A stretch of 64,000 bases of DNA, from the NCBI GenBank assembly GCA_964016885.1, contig OZ024746.1:97278001-97342000 (forward strand), written 5' to 3'. The DNA comes from Eledone cirrhosa (lineage: Eukaryota). How positions within the stretch are numbered: the stretch's first letter is position 1; every line of letters begins with the position of its first letter. Shown one piece after another: positions 11,971-24,284 of the stretch. The notes beneath the pieces are model-generated. The model ran no database searches, was not told the origin of the DNA, and saw nothing but the letters and a program-made list of their open reading frames with translations. Position numbers and translations under genes: made by a program.

Positions 11971-12101
11971 TGTGTATCATGCATATATATAATTTATATA
12001 TATCATCATCATCATCATCGTTTAACGTCCATCTTCCATGCTAGCATGGGTTATATATATAAATAAATACATTTAATTATATATATAAACATGCATATAC
12101 A

Positions 12102-12831
12102 GATGCGTGTATCCGAACATCGATGTTGCATGGTAGTGAGACCTGGGCGCTGAAGGTGGAAGACTTACGTAGATTAGAGAGAAACGAAGCCTGCATGCTC
12201 CGATGGATGTGTAACAATAATATACGTGAACGACAAAGCATAAATGAATTGAGAGAGAGACTGAGCATAAGAGGAATCAAATGCTGTGTGCAGGAGAGGC
12301 GGTTGCGCTGGTATGGACATGTGATGCGTATGAAGGATGACAGCTGCATAAAAAGGTGCAGAGCACTAGAAGTTGATGGAAACCGCAGAGTGGGGAGACC
12401 CAAGATGACCTGGGATGAGGTGATAAAAGCCGACCTTACCCAATTACACCTCTCAAAGACAATGACACACGACCGTGACTTCTGGCGTCACGCAGTAATA
12501 CAGAGTACCCGACTTCCCATGGGTACATGCTGAAGCATATAAACAATATGCCCCCCCCCCCCCCCCACCGCAAGGTGGTCGTGGAGGTGCCACGGCAAAA
12601 AAGCACCCAGCCCACACTGTAAAGTGGACGTGTAGGCGCCACGAAAAAGCACCCAGCACTCAGTGTAAATGAGGTTGGTGTTAGGAAGGGCATCCAGCTG
12701 TAGAAATCAAGCCAGATCAGTTCCTGTATGAGCAAGGCATGGTCAGCCGGCCAGACACTGCACACAACAGGACAACCCGTCTAACCCATGCTAGCGTGGA
12801 AGAACGGACGTAAAACGGTGATGATGATGAT
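12102..12831 (+). mobile_element. RTE-A 5'-truncated copy
   Basis: Nearly identical to 10197-10929; ORF 12123-12533. Confidence 0.95.
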
Positions 12832-12934
12832 ACACATAGACATGCACCCCCTCCTTCCTGTACATATATTCTTTATTATGGCTGTGATGAGTTTTGTTAC
12901 TCTGGGATTTAAACCTGTTTACTCCCAGGCCTGG

Positions 12935-12971
12935 CTGATGATCCTGACAGTACAAGTGAAACTCCAGAGTA
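12935..12971 (+). ncRNA. Hammerhead-like core (family H3), weak stems I and II
   Basis: CTGATGA tcctg..caagt GAAA ctc-ca-gag TA; followed by the actctact..gtaatgaatac motif. Confidence 0.5.
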
Positions 12972-13075
12972 ACATACCCATCATTTAGTTATAATAAAGT
13001 ATATTATTAAACTCTACTTTAGTAATGAATACTCCTTCTTTCAACCATCAACATCACATGGATATGTATATATAT

Positions 13076-13411
13076 GGAGGCACATGGCTTAGTGGTTAGA
13101 GCATTGGCCTTGCAATCGAAAGGTTGTGAGTTCAATTCTCAGACCGGGTGAAGTGTTGTTTCCTTGAGCAAGACACTTTATTTCACATTGCTCCAGTTTA
13201 CTCAGCTGTAGAAATGAGATGATAGGGACTGGGGTATATCATTCCACTGCAAAGTGGTCGTGTAGGTGCCACGGCAAAAAAGCACCCAGCACTCACTGTA
13301 AATGAGGTTGGTGGTAGGAAGGGCATCCAGCTGTAGAAATGAAGCCAGAATCAGTTCCCGTCCCACCCTTGCAAGCAGGGAAAAAGCAGACGTAAAATGA
13401 TGATGATGATG

Positions 13412-13413
<2 letters not shown>
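13076..13413 (+). mobile_element. SINE family A, full length
   Basis: Complete tRNA head, CORE-like and Meta-like domains, (GAT)n tail; inserted in (TA)n. Confidence 0.93.
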
Positions 13414-13442
<29 letters not shown>

Positions 13443-13484
13443 TATACACACACATACATATATAATTATATGTATATGTGTGTG

Positions 13485-13516
<32 letters not shown>

Positions 13517-14389
13517 TATATAAATATAATTATAATATGCTCACACACACACACGCACATATAAACAGCATCTACGACATGTCTGTATATGTGCATGTGT
13601 TATTTTGAGATAATTCTGAAAATATAATGATATTGCTATAACCTTAAATATTTTTTAATGTGTACCATACTCAGTCTAATGGATCTTTTAAAAAGCAGAG
13701 CTGGTACCATTAATTGATCAATTCAATCTTAGAGAAAGAGAAGAAAATATCTTAATAAAAACTTCATTTTCATGGAAGAAATACTCAGATTTTGTCTCTG
13801 GACAATATTCTGCTTTGAATATTTGATGGGAAATAAATTCATAGTTGATACGATATTTTTTTTTTTTCTATTGATTTCTGTGAAGTTTTCACTTGACATA
13901 ATGAATATCTATTGATTATTTAAAGCTTTGTGGCTAATATAATATCTTCACTATTATTCATTTTCTAAAGTGATTGCAAAAACAAAACAAAAAGCAGCAG
14001 CAACAACAACCACAACAACAACAAAAGCCCTGAAAAACATTTGGGTTTGTGCCACAGTGCATTATAGAGATTGTTTGGTAAACAATAGAGTTGAATGTGT
14101 AGATAACTATTGCAGTGTGTCTTTGGGGAATTAAGGTAATGATGGTGTGCTATTAGAAAAATAGTAGAATAGGAATATCTGTCAAAATCTAGCTAACACA
14201 GAAACCGATCAGACTAGAATAATAGTCATATCTCTTATGGTAACTTTTATATAAATTACACAAATAGAAAGTTACTATCAAATAATTTAGAACATTTTAG
14301 ACTAGTAATTTTTCTCCTAGTAGATTCTTTTAGTGAACTTGTACTAAATGATGAGGAACAAAGGTAAATGAACCTCAATCAATTTCAAC

Positions 14390-14768
14390 AATGAGGGTTC
14401 CAGACATTTGGTCAATGGCACAGCCTGCTCATGAAATTAATATCTAAGTGGTTGAGTATTCTACAGACATGTGAATCCTTAATGTAATTCTCAAGAAGAT
14501 TCAGTGTGATATTATGAGACATGGCAGGCCCATTGAATTACAGGTACAGTCCATCTGGCAGGTTTCCACACTCTTTCTGTCTATCAAATTTCACTCAAAA
14601 GACTTGGGCTGACCTGAGATAATGGTAAAGGCATTTTTTCAAGGTGCCATACCATGTAATTGAACATAGAACCTCATGGTTGCGAAATTAAAGTCTTAAC
14701 TACTTTGTGTCCCTATGCTAGCGTGGAAAATGGACATTAAACGAAGATGATGATGAAGATGATGATGA
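14390..14768 (-). mobile_element. Degenerate SINE (family C-like) plus RTE-type tail
   Basis: cagcctgctcatgaaattaa...gaattacaggtaca, similar to the copies at 15950 and 61197. Confidence 0.6.
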
Positions 14769-14841
14769 TAGATGCATAGAAATAAAGTTACAGCTAAGGA
14801 CCAAATCATTTAAAGAAATTTTAAGTATCCATGTAACTTAA

Positions 14842-15053
14842 CCCTTTAGCATTCACATTACTCTATATTTACTATTATATTTCCACACTAAAGACTTTAT
14901 CTCACATAATATTGAATCTATGAGGTTTTGATATTATTTATTTTGAGAACAATACCTTAATGTCAGTATGAGTGGTTGGTTATATCCGGTTTGAGCAGGA
15001 AGACTTGAGAGAATTCTGATCGGATATGGTCGGTTTGTCGGTTTAAATGTTAA
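14842..15053 (+). mobile_element. P1 MITE, right end eroded, bracketed by a ~52-bp direct repeat
   Basis: TTAA|CCCTTTAGCATT; tgcatagaaa.aaagttacagctaagga occurs at both 14773 and 15055. Confidence 0.8.
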
Positions 15054-15670
15054 ATGCATAGAAAGAAAGTTACAGCTAAGGAGAAAATCATTTAGAGAAA
15101 TTTTAACTTGATAATTCCTTTTCTTAGTCGATGCTTTTCATCAACATGTAGTAAATGATGTAGAAGAGTCAATGGTTAAAATGTGTACAGCATTTGAGAA
15201 CTCAAATATTTTGATATAACAAACTATTCATTAGAATTTCTCAAGCGTAATGCCAAAACTATTAACGCAATTCAGAAATAAGTCCAGAATTAAACATATT
15301 CCTAGCTAAGTGTGATTTTCAAACTAATTAATGTATGTATGTACATTAATATTAATGCGCAATTAATATATGTATGTGCTTGTACTACCACTCAATCAGT
15401 ACACTGTTTTATGTTGTATTTCATGAAATAGAATTTTTGATTCCTCATATCATCATCATCAATTGATTTTTGGTGTTTGAATGAAAGTTCTGCAATGGAG
15501 CATCATTCACTTGTGAGACCCAACATTTTCTAATATAAAAACAACTTCTCCAACAATGGGCCATACTTAATGCATTCCTCTCCAACTGCAGTAAATCACC
15601 TTTAATAATTGTTACAGAGCATTATATATTTTAGCTATGATTCATATGTCAGTATTTCTGGTGAAGATTA

Positions 15671-15840
15671 CTCTATTTCCTGGCATGGAAGACGCTACTT
15701 TTTTTTTCTAAAATAAGTCTAAAAAATCTACCATGCATCCTGGAGGCCGAAGGTTGTTTATTATTTTTTTTCAAATTTTTGGTTGTCAAAATTAGGTTGC
15801 GTCCTTAAGGACAAAGCGTCTTCGGCACCGTGAAATACAG
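15671..15840. mobile_element. pogo/Tigger-type MITE relic
   Basis: TA|ctctatttcctggcatggaagacgc ... gcgtcttcggcaccgtgaaatacag|TA, imperfect TIRs. Confidence 0.6.
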
Positions 15841-15949
15841 TACATTATATGCTGTCAACTAAGGCAACAGCTCTTAAAATGTCTACTTGGTTTGCACTAT
15901 AATATCCAACTAGCTGGAGCAGCACTAATAACTAATAACAGAACTGAAG

Positions 15950-16230
15950 GCACACTGTCAGTTACGACAATGACTGTTCCAGTTGATCCGATCAACGGAA
16001 CAGCCTGCTCGTAAAATTAACGTGCAAGTGGCTGAGCATTCAACAAACACGCATAACCTTAACGTAGTTCTCAGGGAGATTCGGCATGACACAGAATGTG
16101 ACAAGGCTAGTCATTAGAATTATAGGTACAACTCACTTTTGCTAGCTGACTAAACTGGAGCAATGTTAAATAAGTTGTCTTGCTCAAGGACACAACACAC
16201 TACTGGGAATCAAACTCAAGGTCTTATGGT
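15950..16230 (-). mobile_element. tRNA/CORE-like SINE family C
   Basis: ggaacagcctgctcgtaaaattaacgtgcaagtggctgagc...cttgctcaaggacacaac; homologous to 61197-61562. Confidence 0.8.
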
Positions 16231-16252
16231 GATGATGATAATGATGATGATG

Positions 16253-16690
16253 ATCATCATCATCATCAGCATTTTACGTCTGCTTTTCCCTGCTTGCAAG
16301 GGTGGGACAGGTCCTATTCAGAACAGCATCTCTCCACTTGTCACGGTCCTTCATCATCTCCACCATTAGTTTCAGCGATCTGATGTTTGAGGTCTGATGT
16401 CTGATGTCTGAGGTCTGATGTCTGATGTCTGAGGTCTGATGTCTGATGTCTGAGGTCTGATGTCTGATGTCTGATGTCTGAGGTCTGATGTCTGAGGTCT
16501 GAGGTCTGATGTCTGATGTCTGAGGTCTGATGTCTGAGGTCTGATGTCTGATGTCTGAGGTCTGAGGTCTGATGTCTGAGGTCTGAGGTCTGATGTCTGA
16601 TGTCTGAGGTCTGAGGTCTGATGTCTGAGGTCTGCTCTCACCACCTCCGCCCATGTTTTTCGTGGTCCAAATTCCCTAACCACAAAGCCA
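16253..16690 (-). mobile_element. RTE LINE 3' end (RTE-C), with the same tail as SINE A
   Basis: GPRKTWAEVVRADLR...[27 protein letters not shown]; ends gtcccacccttgcaagcagggaaaagcagacgtaaaatg(GAT)n. Confidence 0.85.
16378..16634. repeat. Heptamer array of about 36 units, GTCTGAG/GTCTGAT variants
   Basis: Seen directly; interrupts the RTE-C reading frame. Confidence 0.95.
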
Positions 16691-16959
16691 CACAGCTACA
16701 CAGAACTACATCTACACAACTAGCTTGTTACTCTGATCCTCATGCTTCATATACTGAGCGAACATTTCCAAGAATATCTATGTTCTTTCAATAACATAGC
16801 TTTCTTTATATTGTGTGGCTAAGTAGGATGGAGGTTGACATTGTTCTAAAAGTTATACAGAAGACATAAAAAAAATATATTACACACACACACACCCGCA
16901 TACACACACGCATACACACGCATGCACACACACACATACACACACATGCACACACACAT

Positions 16960-16990
<31 letters not shown>

Positions 16991-17390
16991 CACACGCATA
17001 CACACACACACCACACATATATATAACACACACACACATGTATATATATATATATATATATATATTACACATGCACACACACACACACACACGCATACAC
17101 ACACATACATATATATATTACACACACACACATATGTATATATATATAGAGAGAGAGGTTGGTGTTAGGAAGGGCATCCAGCTGTAGAAATCAAGCCAGA
17201 ATCAGTTCCCGTCCCACCCTTGCAAGCAGGGAAAAAGCGGACGTAAAATGAAATGATGATGATGATATATTACACATGCACACACATATATAAATATATA
17301 TTACACACACGCATACACACATACACATATATATATTACACACACACACATATGTATATTTATATATATATATTACACATGAACACACAT

Positions 17391-18034
17391 ATCATCATCA
17401 TCACCGTTTTACGTCCGTTCTTCCACGCTAGCATGGGTTAGACGGGTTGTCCTGTTGTGGGCAGTGTCTGGTCGGCTGACCATGCCTTGCTCATACAGGA
17501 ACTGATCTGGCTTGATTTCTACAGCTGGATGCCCTTCCTAACACCAACCTCATTTACAGTGAGTGCTGGGTGCTTTTTCGTGGCGCCTACACGTCCACTT
17601 TACAGTGTGGGCTGGGTGCTTTTTTGCCGTGGCACCTCCACGACCACCTTGCGGTGGGGGGGGGGGGCATATTGTTTATATGCTTCAGCATGTACCCATG
17701 GGAGGTCGGGTACCCTGTATTACTGCGTGACGCCAGAAGTCACGGTCGTGTGTCATTGACTTTGAGAGGTGTAGTTGGGTAAGGTCGGCTTTTATCACCT
17801 CATCCCAAGTCATCTTGGGTCTCCCCACTCCGCGGTTTCCATCAACTTCTAGTGCTCTGCACCTTTTTATGCAGCTGTCATCCTTCATACGCATCACATG
17901 TCCATACCAGCGTAACCGCCTCTCCTGCACGCAGCATTTGATTCCTCTTATGCTCAGTCTCTCTCTCAATTCATTTATGCTTTGTCGTTCACGTATATTA
18001 CTGTTACACATCCATCGGAGCATGCAGGCTTCGT
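17391..18034 (-). mobile_element. RTE-A 5'-truncated copy, essentially identical to 10280-10929
   Basis: ORF-track translations 10554-10856 and 17457-17759 are identical, as are 10531-10743 and 17570-17782. Confidence 0.95.
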
Positions 18035-18439
18035 ATATATAAATATATATTACACACACATATGCATACACACATATATCACATATATATTACACATATG
18101 CACACACACACATATATATTACACACATGCACACACACACATATATATATTATTACACACACATATATATATATTACACACGCACACACACACATATATA
18201 TATATTACACACGCACACACACACATATATATATATTACACATATGCACACACACACATATATATTACACACATGCACACACACACATATATATATTATT
18301 ACACACACATATATATATATATTACACACACACACACACACATATATGTATATATATTATACACACACATATATATATATATTACACATGCACACACACA
18401 TATATATGTATATATATTACACATACACATATATATATA

Positions 18440-18489
<50 letters not shown>

Positions 18490-18511
18490 CATACACACAC
18501 ACACACATATA

Positions 18512-19265
18512 CAGGGTGCGGATGATATCTGTTCGCAAGATTACTGTCTAGGAAAAAGTAACACAGTAGTTTTATTTTTTAAGATATATTTATCAAACTT
18601 GGGTCCGTTTGTCTTCATGACTTGTTCTTTCGATCTCACTCGATAAACCTGCCATTGGCTTTGATGACGGCCTCAGAACCGGCTACAGGCCTTCGTCACT
18701 GTCCCCCGACTTAGGACTCTAAAGACACTTGTGATCCTGGCCTTCAGATCATCTTTCGTATTGCAGCTAGATCTGTTGGTGTCTCGTTGCACTGCACCCC
18801 ACACAAATAAGTTGAGGGGGTTGCAGTCAGGCGAGCTGGGAGGCCAGATGTCAGGTGAAGTGTGGTCGACGAAGTTCTCTGACAGCCAGGCTTGGGTCTT
18901 TTGGCTGGTATGACAGGGCGCTGAGTCTTGCTACCACACGTACGGCCTACCTGCAGCTACCTGGTCGATCCAGGGCTTTACTACCTCACTCAGAACGCAG
19001 ATGTAGCCATCAGGTTTCAGCTTGAGGCCCTCAGGGAAGAAGTGAGGTGGCATGACGTCACCTTGACTGCTGACGACACCTAAGGCCAATGTTGTCGCTA
19101 GAAACTTTGTCTGGATGACTCTGGGCACTTCTTTGGATGAGGCAGTGAGGCACCTGTTGTTCTGGGAGTTGATCTTCTGGTCTTGGCAGAAGTTTTTCTC
19201 GTCGGAGAAAAATCACAGCATGTCTGGCTCCAGTGGGTGTTTCAACTTGTTGATCAGCTTCTTTG
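18512..19265 (-). mobile_element. DD37D (maT) Tc1/mariner transposon, 3' half, mutated
   Basis: TA|CAGGGTG terminus. FFSDEKNF...W*QDSAPCH...WPPSSPDCNPLN, with 37 residues between the second and third catalytic positions (third reads N). Confidence 0.85.
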
Positions 19266-19398
19266 TATATATATATTATACACTCACACACATATATATA
19301 TTATACACACACACACACATATATTACACACATGCACACACACACATATATATGTATATATATTATACACACACACACATATATATATATTATACACT

Positions 19399-19431
<33 letters not shown>

Positions 19432-19497
19432 TATACACACACACACATATATATATATTATACACACACACACACATATATATATATTACACACACA

Positions 19498-19679
19498 CAT
19501 TGTTCCAAAAAGAGGTTTTTTTAAAGAGTTTCAGTACTGTACAATAGTCCGTGCATAACTGACTGCAAGTGACTAATAGCAGGTAAAGACCCAGTGACAA
19601 TGTTCTGACATGTTTAATATTTAACCTGATTTTTTTCTTGCTACGATAAAATTCCGCGAACTTTTTGATCCCCCCCTCG
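19498..19679 (-). mobile_element. Duplicated 5' end (TIR to ATG) of the adjacent mariner
   Basis: Near-identical to 20860-21039. Confidence 0.9.
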
Positions 19680-19725
<46 letters not shown>

Positions 19726-19745
19726 TATACACACACACATATATA

Positions 19746-21039
19746 CGAGGGGGTGTCAAAAAGTTCGCAGAATTTTTCAGAAAATAATCTATTTATCAAA
19801 AAATATGATTTACCTTCAATTTATTTTTCTACATAGTTGCCATCCAGGTCAATACACTTCACAAGGCGATGCTTCCAGCTTCGTAAGCCGTCTCTAAAGA
19901 AAGTTGAAGGCCTTGTTCGAAGTCATGTGTTGGCAGTGTTTTTAGCTTCTTCAACACCACTAAAACGGGTTCCTTTTAGCATTTCTTTGAGTTTTGGAAA
20001 GAGGAAAAAGTCTGATGGGGCTAAATCTGGACTATAAGGCGGGTGAGGAAGCACTTCCCATCGAAATTCTCGAAGAACTTCTTTTGCAACCCGCGCAGAA
20101 TGCGCTGGTGCATTGTCATGGTGAAACAAGATACCACCATGAAGTTTCCCTTTTCGTTTCTTGACTAATGCCTCTTTCAGCTTCCTTAAAACGTTTGCAT
20201 AGTAAGCTCCTGTCACAGTTCTTTGACCTTCAAGATAATCTATTAGTATCACACCATCTGAATCCCAGAAAATGGTGGCCATCACTTTTTGATCCGGCTT
20301 TTGAGATTTGAACTTGATTGGCCCCGATGATCCATGTGGAAGTCACTGTTTTGAAGTCACTGTTTTGGTAGATCAGGGTTTCATCTCCGGTGATGATTCT
20401 GGTCAGGAAATGCTCTTCATCAACTTCAATTTTGTTTAATATCGCCAAAGACAGATCACTTCGAAGAATCAGCTGATCAGGGCGCAACGCTTTTGGGACC
20501 CATCGCGCTGAAAGCTTGCTTAGTCCCAAATTATCGTGCAGAATTGAATTTGCCGAACCATATGAAATGTCTAGGGACTTAGCTAACTGATTAACTGTTA
20601 TTCTTCGATCTTCTTCAATTAAAGTATGAGCAGCCTCAACTTTTTGGTCATTTTTTGATGTTCCTGGTCTTCCACTGCGATGGTCGTCTTCAAGGTCGTC
20701 GTTCCCTTGTTTGAATCGCTGAATCCACTTGTAGACAGCAGTTTTCTTTGGAGCAGTAGTACCGTAAACTTTAACTAAAGCCTCCATAATCTGTGTCCCT
20801 TTCCATTTGAGTTTCACCAGAAACTTGATATTCGATCTTATCTCAAAATAACTATTTTCCATTGTTCCAAAAAGAGGTTTTTTAAAGAGTTTCAGTACTG
20901 TACAATAGTCCGTGCATAACTGACTGCAAGTGACTAATAGCAGGTAAAGACTCAGTGACAATGTTCTGACATGTTTAATATTTACCCTGATTTTTTTCTT
21001 GCTACGATAAAATTCCGCGAACTTTTTGATCCCCCCTCG
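19746..21039 (-). mobile_element. Full-length mariner (DD34D), 1294 bp
   Basis: TA-flanked TIRs cgagggggtgtcaaaaagttcgcagaattt / cgaggggggatcaaaaagttcgcggaattt; WVPKAL, ITGDET, HDNAPAH, YSPDLAPSD. Confidence 0.95.
19821..20862 (-). pseudogene. Mariner transposase pseudogene
   Basis: ATG at 20862 (MENSYFEIR). A 14-bp tandem duplication with frameshift lies near 20340-20367, with TGG>TGA-type stops there and at 19923. Confidence 0.9.
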
Positions 21040-22065
21040 TATATATTACACACACACACAGATATATATATATATATATTACACACACATATATATATTA
21101 CATACACACATATTTATATATTACATACACACATATATTACACACACACACCCTCACACACACACACACAGCTATCATTTCTGATTTGGAAGAACTGTTT
21201 TTCCAGTTTTCAAATTCTGTATTCCTTTGTTGTTGTTTCAAGCATTGAAGGAGCAGAATAAACACAAATAGAAGAAACCTCCTTACTGTTATATACACCT
21301 GTAAACAATATCAGTGAGAAACAGTTATGAGAATATAACTGATGATACACAATCATATTTTTTATTATATTTCTTTTTTAGATATATTTTCGAGTGTTGT
21401 TGAAAATAGAGATCTAATATACTAAAACTAATTATGGAACTTATGAGATGAGTTTTCTCTTCTCAAAATCAGCAAGAGGAGAAAAATAACAAAACAAAAT
21501 GGCTGAAACTCTTCAGAAAAGAGAGAGAGAGAGAGAAGTAATAATATGTAAGATAAGAAGAGTAAATGGCAGCAAATATGAAGCTAGGAAAATATGAGAT
21601 GAAGTAATTTTATATGGATCTGAAAGAGTTAAGATTATTACTGAAGAGATATAGAAGAAATTTTAAGTTAGATGAAAACATACATTTTCCAAAATTAGAT
21701 ATGAATGTTACAAATTCCAATCATTTGCTAAATTATAGAAGATCCTTGCAAACTGAAATGTTGTTCATCCTAATATGAAGGGCTGCCAATATTCAAAGAA
21801 CATCTACAAACAATAAATTGGAAGAAGAAATTGTTGAATATCTACAATTCAGGAAAAAGTCATTGCATTTATTATATGTGGAAAGTTTTATTGGGTTGTC
21901 AAGTATAAAATTTGTAGAAATTTGTAGAACAAAAACAAATTTCTACACATTTCATACTTGACGACCCAATATAAGGTGAAATAAACCATGCAAGATGGAT
22001 GATAAGATGTGGTAACGAAAAATTTAGCTACCTGGTAATCTTTGTTTTTTGGTGTTGTTTCTTTT

Positions 22066-22105
22066 GTCTGACATTTCGGGACTTAAAATTCCTTTCATCA
22101 GAGTA
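22066..22105 (-). ncRNA. Minimal hammerhead candidate (family H4)
   Basis: act CTGATGA aaggaattttaagtccc GAAA tg TC aga; stem III minimal, of the dimer type. Confidence 0.5.
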
Positions 22106-22267
22106 TAAGGGACTCAGAGAAAACTGTTCTGTTTCTTCTCTTTCGAATTACATTTAATTCCAAAGAGATGCACACATGTGTCTGTGACTCATACACTGTT
22201 CATTTTCCTGACATTTGTACATTATTCTATGTACTATTCATGCACATTATCATTATTATTATTTAAT

Positions 22268-22447
22268 AGGCAGTGGATTGGGAGGGTCGGACACCATGCT
22301 TTGCATTATAGAGTTACGGCCCTTTATGATCTGAGTTCAAATCCCAGAGGTTAACTTTGCATTTCATCCTTACAGGATCGATAAAATAAAGTACCAGTAA
22401 TGCACTGGGATAATTACTGGACTTGTGCCAAAAGTAGAAACAATTAT
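22268..22447 (+). mobile_element. tRNA-derived SINE family B
   Basis: B box GAGTTCAAATC; aactttgcatttcatccttacaggatcgataaaataaagtaccag domain; (ATT)n tail. Confidence 0.8.
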
Positions 22448-22487
22448 TATTATTATTTAAACTGGAACAGTTTTCTCTGAGTTCCTT

Positions 22488-22528
22488 AAACTCTGAAGAA
22501 AGGAATTTTAATCCCGAAATATTAGGAC
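22488..22528 (+). ncRNA. Minimal hammerhead candidate (H4), mirror copy
   Basis: act CTGAAGA aaggaattttaatccc GAAA tat TA gga. Confidence 0.45.
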
Positions 22529-22917
22529 AAAAGAAACACCAGCAACAAAAACAAAGATTATCAGGTAACTAAAATTTTTCGTTACTGTCATCTTACTGTA
22601 CATTTTGCATTACTTAACCTTATATAACTTTCCACATTATATAATATATCATATACAATGCTTCAAGTAAACTACATTTTATTATGAATAAAACAGTACC
22701 GAATAATATATGTGCAGACACAGGCATGAACAAAATACAGTGATGTTTGAAAAATACATTTCTTGTAAGAGATGCTGTAATAATTAAGCAGTTTATCATT
22801 GAACTCTTTAGATACTAAAATGGTTAAAAAAGTTAAAGTGTTTATATTTAGCTAAAAACATCTATCCTAGTTTTATGTGAGAATCTTCTGTATATTATGT
22901 TACAAACACCAGCTTAG

Positions 22918-23138
22918 CCCTTCAGCATTTAATCTGGCCATATCTGGTCAAAATTCTCTCACCACTTCCTGTTCAAACTGGCCATAACTAGCTGCTCATA
23001 CTGATGTTAAGTTATTTTTCTCAAAATAAATAATATAAAAATCTCGTAGATTCGATATTATATGAGATAATTTTGTGAGGTAAAGCCTTTTCTGTGAAAA
23101 TACGATAGTAAATATAGAGTAATGTAAATGCTAAAGGG
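22918..23138 (-). mobile_element. P1 MITE
   Basis: CCCTTCAGCATTTA...TAAATGCTAAAGGG|TTAA. Confidence 0.85.
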
Positions 23139-24219
23139 TTAATAAGGAGAAAGTTATATTACTTAAATCCCTCAAAATCAAAGGCAGTGTCTTTCATTAG
23201 AACTATAATGAAACACGTCATTAGAACTATAATGAAACATGTCATGAAACACATTAAGAAGTTATTTTAGTTAGTAATTACAACAATATAATATGGGAAT
23301 CTATTTGCAATTGACCCTTATGATGTGCAGTCGGTTGTCGCACTTGGTGGTGAATTGATGGTCATTTTCGTTTTCCCACCTCTTTTTTCTTTCTCTCACT
23401 CTGGTCATGTGTTTTGGTGTATCGTTTGTGTGAGGTTCCTATTAATAGTTAGTTGTATTTGTTATATATGTTGTTTATATTTGTGTTTATCAACAACATT
23501 ATATTTGTAATGTTATTCTGAAAGAATTTTGAGCAATTTGTAGTTATTTATGTAAATATATATATTATTTAATAAAACTATTTATATTTGCAATACATGT
23601 AAAACCAATGCTGGGTTATTTCATTAGTTACTATTTTATGGAAAATCGAAGTGGTTAGCATTGCACAACTTTGAAAGATATCAGAAAGTTATGTTCCAAT
23701 CACCAGCTTAATAATGAGAAATCTAATTATATCACTAAATCCCTCCAAATTCTTGATTACTTTCAAATGATTTTATCATCATATGTAATGATTTCATTAG
23801 AAATATTGTTACAGAAGGGTTAGTAAGAACATGTTCATAGGGAATGAAAAAATATTCTCTTCTTTGCATTTTTGCTATGTATAAGACATTTAGGTTTAAA
23901 GACAAGCTGAGCAGTGTGTAAATAGTTTTAAGATGTTTAAATGTACATTATGTGTGAACTAGATTAGGGTTCGGTTTCTAAAGCAGTCATGGGCAAACTG
24001 CAGCCTGCGAGCTGCATGTGGACTGTTCGGCATTCTGAATGTCATGGCTAATTTCAAAATTGCCTTAACTTTTTAGTAGTGTGACTTTCTAAATGACAAA
24101 CCTAATTTCAATACGTAATATTGTGACATTATAGCCCCGCATTAATTAGACCCAACCAGTTTTTGAGCTGTATGCAAATGAGCTTCATCAGTCAATGTTC
24201 ATTAGCTTATTTTTGTCTT

Positions 24220-24284
24220 AGCATCCAAGAGCCATTAGCCTCTCTGAAGATGGTTAACGAACCGGAAATGACTGTTAGGATGCT
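24220..24284 (+). ncRNA. Type-I hammerhead candidate (family H5)
   Basis: agcatcc...tct CTGAAGA tggtt-aacg-aaccg GAAA t-gact-g TT a ggatgct. Clean stem II and distal stem I (agcatcc/ggatgct); short stem III. Confidence 0.55.

Larger units (their letters stand above)
16870..21170. repeat. Compound (TA)n-TTA-(CA)n satellite hosting nested transposons
   Basis: Recurrent ATATATTACACACAC units interleaved with SINE, RTE, maT and mariner insertions. Confidence 0.9.
21870..22645. mobile_element. Large fold-back element with hammerhead cores in both arms
   Basis: Arms about 22012-22130 and 22465-22586, extending imperfectly outward. A nested hairpin lies at 21890-21970 and a SINE B sits in the spacer. 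Confidence 0.75.

Noticed and set aside
19923-20961. Active mariner transposase or SETMAR-like host gene
   Set aside because: It has a frameshift and premature stops, is bounded by TIRs, and has no SET domain.
21180-21298. Minus-strand exon or 12-nt microexon after a good acceptor (tgtttacag|GTGTATATAACA|GTAAGG)
   Set aside because: No supporting homology; such sites arise by chance in AT-rich DNA.
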